NCBI RefSeq assembly: GCF_009834535.1
Contig: NC_045698.1
Span: 1,676,001-1,740,000 of the forward strand
Length of the DNA: 64,000 nt
From: Camelus ferus
Taxonomy: Eukaryota
Reading direction: 5' to 3'
Below the pieces are notes generated by a model, which worked only from the letters and a program-made list of their open reading frames with translations, had not been told where the DNA came from and did no database searches. The stretch's first letter is position 1, and each line of letters starts with the position of its first letter. Of the stretch, positions 1-11,630 are shown in pieces. Both the position numbers and the translations under genes were made by a program.

Positions 1-12
1 ATGACAAAAAAA

Positions 13-445
13 ACTTGTTGTTTATCTGTTTTGTATACAGTCGTTAGCATCTGCAAATCCTGAACTCCCAATTTATCCATTTCCACTCCCTTTTCCCACC
101 TGGTCACCGTTAAGTTAGCTTTCTATGTGTGTGATTCTGTTTCTGTTTTGTAAATAAGTTCATCTGTGTCATTTTGTTATTTTTTAGATTCCACAGATAC
201 GTGACATTGTATTTTGCTTTCTCTTTCTGGCTTGCTTAGAATGATGATCTCCAGGACGATTCATGTTTCTGCAAATGGCATTTTACTATTTTTCATGGCT
301 GAGTAGTGTTCCACTGTGTAGATACACTTCGATTTCTTTGCCCAGTCTTGGCTGTTGCGTCAATGTCTGGGCTGCTGTAAGCAGTGCTTCTGTGAGCACA
401 GGGGCACAGGCGTCTCTTCAAATTAGAGCTTCCTCCAGATACGTG
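13..445 (-). mobile_element. LINE-1 3' end fragment (ORF2 end + 3'UTR, cetartiodactyl/camelid type), antisense
   Basis: Carries typical L1 3' antisense motifs (gtaaataagttcatctgtgtc, ttttagattccaca, gcaaatggcatttt, ttcatggctgagtagt). Collinear with the L1 copy at 38435-39098 in this window. Confidence 0.9.
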
Positions 446-1157
446 AACTTATTCTTCTTAAAACTGGAATTTTGAAAACGGAAGGGACCACATCAGGTAT
501 CACTCAGCACATCAACTGCTGCTAAGCTACAAGGAATTGTTAGTGGGATCCATCTGTCCAGAATAAAGCCTGTAACTTATAAGCATCTAAAACAAATATT
601 TTCATGTGCTGCAAAAAAAAAAAGTTTTTGTGTACAATCAGGAATTTAAGTATTTAACAAATTCTAAAAGCTCTTTGTAGCCCCAGCTAACTCTGAGATG
701 CTTTGAAGGAACCCTGAGGCATCTCACATGTTAAATTAACTAGGACAATTTGGTATGTTAAGCCGAATGTAATCAATCATGATTCTAATCATTGTAAACA
801 AGTCTCTGTCAATCGCAGGTGTTTGACCATGTCTTCTAAGTCTTCGTCGTCACAGAGAGCTAAACTGCTGCTACAGGGAGCTGCATCTTCAGAAGGACTC
901 ATGAAAAAGGCTTGAAAGCAGTTACAACAGTTGCACTTCAAGACGAGGGCTCTGTGAGGATTCCAGCACACGCCGCCCTCTGACGCGAAAACAAAGGCTG
1001 TCCTGCCCCTGCGGCCCCAGATTAGACGGTCAGAGATTTTCACTCCCTGACAGGCAGGGTCAACCCCCCTACTCAGCCCAGAAGTAATTTCAGAAGATGA
1101 ACCTTCGCCCATCTGCAGCCCCATAAGATTATGGGAGTGAAGTCTCTGAAGGGGGAA
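446..1157 (+). mobile_element. Class I (gamma-like) ERV internal fragment: pol 3' end, deleted env remnant, polypurine tract
   Basis: Integrase C-terminal peptide at 476-580. Degenerate env TM tail-like sequence near 820-850 (gtgtttgaccatgtcttctaagtctt, resembling LFGPCLLNL). PPT aagggggaa at 1149-1157, directly before the LTR. Left boundary uncertain (446 or 471). Confidence 0.8.
476..580 (+). pseudogene. Degenerate retroviral integrase C-terminal segment
   Basis: Translates to KRKGPHQVSLSTSTAAKLQGIVSGIHLSRIKPVTY. This matches the gammaretroviral IN motif W.GPY.VLLSTPTAVKL.GI..W.H.SR.KP, with both Trp residues mutated. Confidence 0.85.
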
Positions 1158-1672
1158 CGAGACGGGAGGGAAGGGGGCAGGGCACAGCCACCCAAGGAAT
1201 GACAGCAATTAGCACCAAAGTCGGGGGAGACGCCACCCCCGGCTGGCCTTGAGGATTAAGATGGCGGGAGGTTTGACTTCTAGTAGACCCTGGGCTTCAC
1301 TGTCCGCTCATTGTGACGTATAAGCGTGATCGATAACATGCCCGCAGGCACGGCGGCAGTCCCCAGGCTGACTGCAAAAGGCCAAAGGATGGGTGGGGGC
1401 CCCAGTTCCCGGGAATCCAGCCTCGTCCCCGGGGTAGTGGGAACAGCCCCACCCGTAGGCGTGTGAAGCTACTGAGCCAGTAACAACGGGCAACACCGCG
1501 CCCGGCGGCCTTTCTCCGCTCCCGCCCCTTCGGAGATGGTCGCGCTGCCTGCGGGGAGCGCACCCACTTGTATTTTCACCCGAGCGCCCACCCCCGCGCC
1601 TCTCCCCTGGCCTTGCTCTCGCCCTGCACTCTGTGAGGTGTGCGTCTCCCTAAATAAACCTACCTTTGCTCA
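1158..1672 (+). mobile_element. ERV1 3' LTR (U3-R, U5 apparently absent)
   Basis: Starts right after the PPT with cgagacgggagggaagggggcagggcac (TG mutated to CG) and contains aagatggcgg...tttgacttc, as in cetartiodactyl ERV1 LTRs. AATAAA at 1653-1658 is followed about 14 nt later by an A-rich tail. Confidence 0.75.
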
Positions 1673-3720
1673 AACAGACAGACAGAAAACCTGGAATCCT
1701 GCCCCTTTGACTTCTTCCATGTATCACAGCGCCCTCCGGGTCCACCTGTGACGGAAACAGCAGGCCCCCCGCTTCCTCGAGGTGAGTCACACACGTGCGC
1801 ACATGTGTGTGCAGCTCACGCATTCTTCACCAGCTCACCCGTCAGGCTGTCCTGTGCCCCGGCTGCCGTGAGTGGCGCTGCAGCGAACGCTGGGCTCAGG
1901 TACCACTTTGAGAGACCCTTCCTCTCCTAGGAGTGAATACCCAGACACTTACCTTTCCCCAAGCCCAGACTTTTAAAAGTTCACTTATGATGTTTACTTA
2001 CCTGATATCCTTACAGCTTTATCTTCACTTTTAGGAGGTTTTATTTTCTTCAATTCAATCTTTACTCCTTTGAAATTTTCTAAATCTCTGTTTTCTGCAT
2101 CGACCCCTTTCCTTGGATAGAACACCGCTGTGATCGCAGCAGAGGATGCACACATTGTGATATTTGCACTATTCACAGGGCCCTTGATTCTTGCCCTGAC
2201 GCAATGCACAGTCCGCCAGCATCCCTAACAGACCCGGGGTTTTACCCAGCGATGAGCCAGGGAGGACTGCCTTCCCCTCTTCAGGGTGGAGGGAGTCCTG
2301 AGGGCGGCTCCAGCTCTAGAGAGAAAGCAGCTATAAAACAACACGGCTCCAAGTCTACACCACAGGTGAAAGTTAGAAATCCACCAAGTTGAAGAGAGCT
2401 GAGCTTATTAATGCGCCCAAATGCATCAATCTCAGCGTTTAGATCACCTTTGCGAGCTTAGAAAAAGCACCTCTGCTTGTAATTATCTTCTCATTAAATG
2501 TAATCATAAATGACACTGCAGCCCTGAAATAAAGCAGAGGAAACCAGAGAATTCCATGTGAAATGTGACATTCTGCTGTGCCCTTTCCACAACGTACAAG
2601 CTCAAATAATACGTCAGAGATTAACTCGGCCATTCTTTCATTTACACTTCGCGCAGCAGATTTCACGTTATTTAAAAAGCTTTATATAAAAGTCATTCAG
2701 ATGTGAATAATTGAAATTATTTTTAATGATTGTCCCATTAGGGACTCAACTTACACAGATCTCAGACTGACCTAGTTTTTCCCTTTCTCTCATCAGCTTA
2801 TTTTACTGGTGAATTTAAATAGATCCGTCCCTAATGAGATACGTACTTTCAGGCAACACCGGGAAACAGCTACCTTTAACACGTGTTCTTTGCATCTGTC
2901 ATCCACACGTTGTCCCAGAACGGGGTGCCTCGCCGGGTACGTGCACACGCGGGCTTCCTCAGCGAACCCGTCAGTTATGCTGCCAGGACTCTCTTGATGC
3001 CTCTAACCTTTCATTGTGGAGAACATACATTTAATTAGGAGGAAATCTGGGCCTATGATGTCATAGGTCAAGGCGTGCATGGCTGCTGCCTGGGAGGGGC
3101 TCTGTGCAGGAGCGCGGAAGTCGGTGCCCCGTCACCAAGCCGCACAGCTCACAGGAGGGCCCGGCCTCTCATTCCACCCAGCTGGGATGCGGGCTGCTCC
3201 CCAGTCAAAATAAACCAATTTTAAAGGATACAAACATGACTTCAACCTTTGAAAATATGAATATTCATTCTGTCACTAATGTTGTTGGAGAGTCAAGGAC
3301 TTCTCTTCAGACAAGAGTGTGCTCGTTGGAAGGAACCCACATCTATGATTTCTAGTTTGTTCTCATAAAGCCTAATGACCTGTTAAGATATTCACAAAGC
3401 TATCTAAGCAGAATTGAGATAGCGACCAAATAGATTTTTTTTTTAATTTGTGGAGTTGTGTAACAATGTTTAAACGATGTCTTGATAAGGTCTTTTCAAA
3501 GCATGCAGTTGAGGTTTCATTAAAAAAGTAACAGTCCTCATACTTGCATCAATACTCGGTATTGCACAGACACTGAGTGTTCGCTTAGGCGATAGCTCAC
3601 TGCATGTGTAATGCGATAACAGGGACACTGGGGCCAGGGGACGTTGCAGCCGATCCTTGGTGCATGTGAGATACAGCCTCTGGGGCAGGAGAGAGGCCTG
3701 CGGCAGGACTGGCCTCAGCA

Positions 3721-3834
3721 GCGCACACTCGGGAGCGACGGAGAGACACGTGCGTAGCTGGGAGAGATGGAGAGATGGTCGCGTACTCGGGGGTGATGGA
3801 GAGACAGGCGCATACTCTGGGGTGATGGAGAGCT
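3721..3834. repeat. Degenerate minisatellite, ~30-bp unit x4 (gcgtactcggggtgatggagagac)
   Basis: Four visible imperfect copies, each ending in ggagag. Confidence 0.7.
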
Positions 3835-6449
3835 GCTAAGGAGGAAAATGAGGAAGTTCTCAGTGAGGTCCGTTTGGATGCAGCTGTAAGCGTGTGCTTC
3901 CGTCGAGTTCCCGCCCCAGCCGCCACGCCAGGCATCTGATCCCACCGCCTGGTGCTCAGAACACACTTTGCTGCCGGGGTCCTGCTTAGCTTCAGGACTC
4001 GAGCAGGCAAATCCCACAGCTCCACCAAGAAAGCTAAGCAGGGCCTTAATCGGGAGGTGGCCAGCGAGGGCTCCTTGCTCGGATGCGGTGCCCGTCCAGC
4101 TTCAGGACCAACAGGACAGAAGCTTCTGGTGGGTGAATGTGTCTGCGGGACAGGCCGCCCCCGCCCGGCCACCTTCTTCTGGCGTTTTGCATCCATGTCA
4201 GTAGTCCTGCCTCCACCGACAGAAACTGGAAACAGGGGGACGAACAGATGGAACAGGAGCCTTCAGATTATCCAGGATTTCGTGGATTTGTTCTCTATTT
4301 TTTGTTGGGTAAGAGCTGACAGGAGTCTCGTCCGACTGCGGGGGCCATCATCACATGGTCTCCTTGGGGGGCTCCACATGGCCACACCTCTGCCTTCCTA
4401 TCACAGGAGGATGAAGGGGGGCACACCCACAGGTGGGTGGCTGAGCGAACGTAGGTGGGACTTTCCGAGTGGGGGTGGGGCTGCTCTCAGCTGTCTCCAG
4501 GCAGCGGGAGGCCTGGAGCCACATCCTCCCTCATTTCTGTTTCTGGTCATTCGCTCCGATGTCTGCCCTCCAAGCTCAGAGGGGAGACAGAGCTGCTGGC
4601 CTGAACTGTTTGCTATTCACTTAAAACACCATAGTGGGTCAGAATTCAAACAACAGTAGCAGAGTGCTTGCAAAGTTACGTCTTCTAAAGACTTAACAGG
4701 AAACACACTTCTCAAGGGACCTACTCGCACGCAGACTTGGTGGCAAAGAAACAGCGCTCGCCCTGGCGGCCACGGGCAGGTGGGAAGCTAACAGATGCGC
4801 CCACGCCCCGGCCGTCATCACAAAGGCTGCGCGTGGTGTCTCCCTGCTGCCAAGCCAGGACGCAGGTTCCTGGACACCGGAGCTCCCCGTAGGGGTAGGA
4901 AGTCCTCCTTCCCCTTCCCCGCGGGGTCAGGGTCTGTTCCGTGCACCAGCGAGAAGGGGACGCCCTCCAGGGGCCGTGGAGCTCCCAGGACCACGGGGCT
5001 GACACCTGTGCAGCTGTGGAGGCTGCGGGACACCTGCTCACGAGGGCCTGTGACTTGGTCGGGGTTTGTCTGCTCAGTGGCTGCCACTCCTACCCGGGTT
5101 TGGTCCTTGCCCCCCTGTAGGTCACACAGATTCACCTTGGACGTGGACGGCAGTGATGCTCGCTCTTCCTAGAGGCAGCACCTGCTCCTCCTGCACAGTC
5201 ACCTGCAAACTGCATGCAGAAGCCAGTCCAGAGACGGCACCTAATAGCAAACACAAGGATGCTCTGCCTGGATGTGACCCGGGGTGAGGCCCTGTGCCGG
5301 CCTGCCCCATCTCTTTGACCCCAGCCACCCCACAGGGGGTCAGTGCTATGAGGGTCCCCTTGCTGGCAGGAGAAGCCTGACGCTGAGAGAAGATTGTGTG
5401 AGTGTTAACAGCCAGCTCCCATCGGTAGCGTTTGCCTATTTCTGTGGGGTCAGTTTCTGCCCCCAGCCAGTTCCAAGCTGCCTCTGTGAAGTCACCAGAT
5501 GTGAACGCGGGCAGCTGTGGGTACAGTCAGCTGCAGGCGTCACTGAGAGAGATTAAGGAACGGAGTTACCCAAGGGCCGTCACCCTGAACCAGCAGAGTG
5601 AGGAGGCACACCCGGGGCTCCTGGAGGAGCAGAGTCCAGCCTGGGTCATCCCAACGTGCAGGAATTGCTTCTCAGATGAAGCCTTAAAAACTGCAGAAGC
5701 CGGAGAGGAGGCCGGGGCCGTCAGAAACCCAGGGGAGCCTCGAAGCACTGGAGGTTTTGTTTTCTTCTCCCCGGAAACACCACCGCAGCTCGGCATTCGC
5801 TCGTAGGGCCCCCGGCCCTTGGCAGGTGCTGGCGTCCAGAACCAGGGCTCTGCTTCCTTGCCAGGCGCTGTTTCATGCCCAGTCCCAGAGCTTCCCCCCA
5901 ACCCGCCCCTCCCCTCGTGGTTCCCTGGCCCCCACCCCGGGCGCCGCTGCTGCCTCTGTTCAGCCTGGAAGAGACGCGAGCGCAGGCCCACGTGGACGCG
6001 TCCCTGTTTGCCGTCTTTGGAGCCAGGTTTGTGGCCGTCTCATTGCTCCCAGCACCCGCTTTCCGGGGGCTCCCGATGCTTGGCTGCACCCCTTGCCGGG
6101 AACATTCCAACCCAAACCCGGGGACGCCACCGCCTTTGACTTTCGGCAAGCCTTGTCTGCGGGGACCCGCCCCCAGCTGCAGGGACCACCTGTGCCAACG
6201 GTGAGGGCGGCAAGGCTGCCGAGGGGACGTGTGCGGCCAGGGACCCAGAGCCGGGGGCTGCGGGTGGCTCCACACTGCGGCCCGTTCCCGGGCGCCGGCG
6301 GGAAGGTGGCTCCACGTCCCGCCAGCTGCCCCAGCTCTCAGTGGTGAGGGGCGGGGACCCTCCGCGGCTGTGTGGAGCCAGCTCCTCTCCACGGAGAGGC
6401 ACGGGCACCTGCAGGCCACAGTCTGTGTCCGTAAAGTCACGTAACATTG

Positions 6450-6838
6450 TAAGTGCAGTCAGACCGAGAAAGACAAATACCGCAGAACGTCACTTACATG
6501 TGCCATCTAAACAAATGACACAATGAACTTGTCTACAAGGCAGAGGCAGACCACAGACACAGAAGACGAACATCTGGTCACCAGAGGGGACAGGCGGGGA
6601 GCGGGGGATACATTAGGAGTTTGGGATCAACGGGTACTCACCGCTGTGTGTAAAGCAGATAACAAGGACCTGCTCCTGCAGAGCACGGGGAACTGTGACA
6701 ACCTGTAACGGGGAAGAGGCTGGAAAAGAGTGCGTGTGTGCGTGACTGAGTTGCCGCACTGCACGCCTGCACCTGGCACGGCGCTGCAGGGCGACCGCAC
6801 TTCCACAAGAACAAATAAAATAAAATCATAAAATAAAA
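6450..6838 (+). mobile_element. 5'-truncated LINE-1 3'UTR with A-rich tail, heavily GC-substituted
   Basis: Contains agtcagaccgagaaagacaaata, aggagtttgggat, agcacggggaact and a (taaaa)n tail. Aligns by eye with the L1 copies at 38435-39098 and 43828-44046. Confidence 0.85.
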
Positions 6839-9800
6839 CGAGATAAAAGCTTGTGCTGCCGCTTCCAGGTGGGCGCCTTCGGACAGGGAGCTACCGTGCG
6901 CCTGGCCGTTCCCGTCAGGCAGGCAGCCCGCGGGGGCCTGGGCTTCTCCCGTCAGCTGAGGTGGACTCGCTCCTTCTCCAGCCGTGAGCGCAGCACTGAA
7001 GCAACAGGAAGCTGATTCCTCTCCACCCCCACCCCGCCCAGCCGGTGGGCGTGGACGGGGACGTGTCCTGGGTGGGCCACGGCTGCAGGATGTGACAGGA
7101 CCGGACCTGGGGTGCCGCAGGGTGTGATCCGGCGAGGACGCCCCTCCCTGCGCCGGGCGCCTGGACCCGGGCTTTTGAGAACAGGGGCCAATCAGGAGCA
7201 GCAGCAGTCGGGCTGGAAGGACCCGGGCGCTGGTCAGATGCCACAGATCCTCACGGGGTCCTGGGCCAAAGCAACCCCGAGGTCCCGCAGGCTTGAGGTG
7301 ACACTCATTCCTCCAAGTGACCCCGTCCGTGCACTGACGCGAGCTGCCCAGGGAACTTGAGAAGGTGCTGGTGGAGGGCGATGACTGTCCCTCAGAGGTG
7401 CTGCAGGGCCCGGGAGGAGCTGTCCCTCGTCACCGCTTGGACTGAGTGCCCCTGTTCTGGTGGCTTCAGAAGTCCAGTGGCCTAATTCAGATGAACGTTT
7501 TCATGCCGTAGGTGCGGTCGCACGGGCCACTCATCCGTTTGCATCTCCACGTGCAGCGAGTCTGGGTAAACTGTGAAGTTTAGTGCAGGAGACTCAGCCC
7601 AGCATTGGGTAGACTTGGCTTTAAAGACCATTGCGCACCAGGGATACTGGTGTTAAATTCCCATGCGGCCGTGCAGGACACTGACTAACTCTCCCGTCGC
7701 AGTTTGTAAGTGGACAGGAGGCCTCCTTTCATGGTAAGCAATCAGTGTCCCACAACAGAACCCTCTCAAGACGTCCTCGCTCACGTGATCCCGGCTCGCA
7801 TGAAGCAAAGAGGTGGCTGTCCCATACACCCACCTCAAATTTAAATTGACTGCTTTGTTCAGCACTAAGTAAAATGCAGCTTTGTCAACTATCACCTCGT
7901 CCTCCCGCCCAGGGAGACCCGGCTGATTGCTTCTTAAAGCCACGGATACACAAAGTAAAAATCTATAGCTACATTAGTTGCAGGTTACCGGTCAATACGT
8001 GTTCATTACGTAGTGTGTGCGTTCTGTTCGGACTACAGTGTCATTTGTTTTCTATTTTTATTAGCTTTGATCACACAACAAGGCCTTTTTTTACCTGAAA
8101 CAGTGAATCTGCGTCAATACAAGTGCACCTCTGCCTCACGAGAGGCGGTCCGTCTTTGTCAGTGCGGGCAGCGTCCCGCGCGCCAGCCCCTCCCCTCCCA
8201 GCGCTCCGTCTCCATCGCAGGGACAGTCTCAGCAGAAGCAGAAACACTGAGCAGTCAAGGAGGAGAATACATGAGCCAGTTGATGGCAAATCCAGTGAAG
8301 ACGGGGCTCGACCGCTAGACGTTGCCCACGGAGCTGCGGGCCCCTCAGGCCTCCCCTGCACAGCTCACTCCGCCCCGGGGTGGCACCGCGGACCGCTGGT
8401 CCCGCGCGCTTCCTCTGAGGGTTCCCCAACCCACAGCCAGGCCTGGGGAGCACGGGCACTCTCCAGCCCAGGATCCAGCGTGACATCTCTCGGGAGCTCC
8501 CAGGCCTGTGAACGGGGACCACGGCTCCCCCTGCGACTCGAGACTCAGACGAGCCGGGGCAGGAAACAGTCAGGCACGCGGACTCGCCGTCGGTTTGCAT
8601 CTGTTCCCTGCTTTGCCCCCCGTCCCCGCAGCTCTGTTGAGCTGACCTCGATTTTGTTTTTAAGATGAGATACTGTCACTTTGTTGTAGTCTTGTATTTA
8701 AAAAAAGAGAGCCTTTGTTTGTTTGTTTGTTCTTAAGGAAAAACCCTCCCCCTACTGTAACGCTTGTAAACCACACGGAAGAAACGGCCATTTGATTCTG
8801 GAACCCTGTCAAAATGACGGACCGGTCACGACACGTGCTGGGCGACACGGGGCTTCAGCACGCTCGCTGGCGGCAGCGGTCTGTCTCTCACTTGTTCAAG
8901 AAGCACGTAAGGTTGTTTTTGTTTCTGTTGTTGATTTAGAGCAAGTTCTTGGTGTTCTTTGGGGGAAAAAACACTTAACATTGTACTCGTTAGGGAGCCT
9001 GTTAGAGCTCACGCAAAGCCAGGCTGAAGGAGCAAACGCTTGCTGTGTTGCGTCACAAGCGGGCACATTGAGGGGTCCTCCCGGGTTCCCCACGAGGAGC
9101 TCCAGCGCCACCTGGAATTCAGAAAACACCTTCCGAAACCGAGTGCCCCCAAAGCCAAGCCCCTCTGCCACGTCTGCTCAGCCTCTGTCTCCAGCGCTCT
9201 CCTGTCGCACCGTGCTCCCCTGAGCGCTGACGAGTGTCAAAGACGAGGGGGCCTGAAAGCGGCCAGGGCCCTGAGGGACCTCCCTGCGTCGGGCCCTCCT
9301 CGTGTTCCAAAAAGCAGACTCTGCAGTAAGTGACCGGGACCCCAGAGCCCGGGACGCCCAGCTCCTCCAGAGGGGACACACGCAACCACCTGAGGCGCCT
9401 CTTTGAGTGGCTCTGCTGAAACCAAGACCCCCGCCCGGCGTGTGGTGGCTACACGCTGACCACGGCAGCTGGACCCCGGACTGCCTGGACCCAGAAGGCT
9501 GGTGATGCTGCGTCCAGAAACAGCACCCTGTGACCTCAGCACCGTCCAGTCAGAGGCCGCCAGGAGCTGATCACACACCTGCACCCCCACCCCTCATGTT
9601 GCCTTCAAAGCCCGTCCCTGAGGCCACGGGGAGTCCGAGCCTTTGGAGCACGAGCTGCCCGTGCTCCTCGCTCGGCCCTGTAGTCAACACTGTGCTTCCC
9701 TTCGCCACCACCTGGGGGCAGCAGATCAGCTTTGCTGGGTGTCGGGCGAGCGGACTCGCGTTTGGTTTGGTCACGTTTCCCCACTAGTGCACGAAGTGTT

Positions 9801-11408
9801 CCCCCGTGGATGAAGTGAGCCCCGAGCCCACACACAGGGGCTCAGCCCTCCCTCACGGATGTACTGGGCATCTCACCTCCACTTGCCGGGACACTTATCG
9901 TCTCTCTCACCTTTGAAAATTCTGCACTGTCAGTCTGTTTCCTCCTCCCTCGTCCATGACATCCTCTCAGTATCTTAGAGGAAAACACGACCCTGGTGAT
10001 CCCTGCTCACTGGGACAGGCGGTGGTGCTCCACTCACATGCTCACCCGGCGAGAGGTGAGGGCTGAGGCCCCAGCAGGCGGCGAGGCCCCGGGCGGCCGG
10101 GTCCACGGAGCAGCCGGGCTCACTCACGCCGAGGGCGGCTGTCTGGCCGCAGTGCTTGTTCTCCCCTTCATGTTTTCTTCTGACGTTAGTTTACAAGACA
10201 GTCTGGAAACTCCAGGAGAAGGAGAAGGAGACCCCTGTTTTAAAGTAACCTCCCTGACCTGGAAGTTCTGATCAGCTCCGATCTGGAGCTGCAGGATGAG
10301 TGCACAGGAGGAGGCGCGGCCGTCATTAGCGTGAGTGCCCTGGGCACGTGGCTAACGTCAGCAGGAGGGGCGTCCTGGAAACCAGCAGCAGCCAGATGGG
10401 GCTACTGCGCCGGGTGTGAAACACGCTCATCTGCCATCGCGGGGCGAGCGGCCATTAGCACAGACGGCCTTCCCGGGGCTGGAGTCCTAATGGGCCTCAG
10501 GCAGCACGCAGCCTCATTCAGCCGCTCTCCGAAAGTGACGCTCCGATTCTATATCAGCACACCCTTGGGTCTGGGGAAACACAGTTTTAATTTTTAGAAA
10601 GAAAAAATAAATAAATGTTCAAAAATTCAAAATGCTCCATGAAGCATCTCACACTCCGTGATCTCATGGAGGTGACACTTTATAACCCTAGTGACCCCAA
10701 AGCGACCCTTTGGAACCGGAGCGATGTCCTATAAAGATGCAGGCAGGGCTGGGGAGAAAACAGAAGAGAAGCAGGGAAGCTGGGGGAAGTGGCCACCTTC
10801 AGGTGCATCTTTCTCTGCCCCTGGGGGGAAACGGGAGCAGTCAGTGTGCTTGGAGGACCAAGCCCACCCCCAGAAGACCCCAGGCCCTCCCCTTCCTCCG
10901 GGCTGCAGGCTGCGACTTCTTCCCCAGGACGCCGGAGCCGGAGCTGACACCGCCGCCAGCTGCTCGAACCTGCCCAGGGAGGCGGGTACCATCTCCCAGG
11001 TAACCTCCGTCAAACGGCCCTGGAGGGTCAGCGCTATCCCTGACCTCACAGGAAATCCGAGCCTCGGGCTGTCCTGGTCGGAAGCCCCTGCGGGTGCTGG
11101 CCTTGCCCTGAGGATTCACACACAGACCCTCACAAACCTCACCCCACCGGTCACCTTCTTAATTCACAGGGTGTGATTCAAGGCCTCAGTGAGGTCCAGC
11201 TGTCAGCCCAGAGTCCAGGGATGCTGGGGACCCCGAGCTGCAGAGTAGGATTTAGGGGTGCTGGAGGGTCCACCCAGTCCTGGGAGCCTTGCCCACCTCC
11301 TCACCCTCAACCATCTGGCTCCCCCTCCAGGGCTGAGAAACCCCTCATTTGAGTGGGTGTCCGCTCCTCAGTGCTGGCCCCCTATGGCCTGCACCCGTGA
11401 CACAACAC

Positions 11409-11630
11409 CCTCCACCCCCATGGCCTCCCTCCCCAATGGCCTCCATCCCCCATGGCCTCCATCACCACGGCCTCCACACCCACAGCCTCCACCCCCACGG
11501 CCTCCGTCCCCCACGGCCTTCATCTCCCATGGCCTCTGTCTCCACGGCATCCACCCCCATGGCCTCCATTCCCCATGGCCTCCACCCCCCATGGCCTCCA
11601 CCCCCACAGCCTCCATCCCCCATGGCCTCT
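11409..11630. repeat. C-rich minisatellite, 15-16-bp unit (CCCCATGGCCTCCAY), about 14 copies
   Basis: Directly visible tandem array. It explains the Pro/His/Ser-rich ORFs in all frames here. Confidence 0.95.

Noticed and set aside
789..1208. 139-aa minus-strand ORF ending in DDEDLEDMVKHLRLTETCLQ
   Set aside because: It is the antisense of the ERV env tail/PPT region, not a host gene.
4172..4224. Minus-strand acceptor (ccccctgtttccag) with a short open frame SVGGGRTTDMDAKRQKK
   Set aside because: Weak donor (gtggcc), phase incompatible with the 2002-2111 candidate, and peptide not recognised.
5566..6447. Overlapping 100-240-aa ORFs on both strands
   Set aside because: Pro/Arg/Gly/Ala-rich with no domain. 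This is expected from stop-codon scarcity at very high GC, and the same applies to most ORFs in the track.
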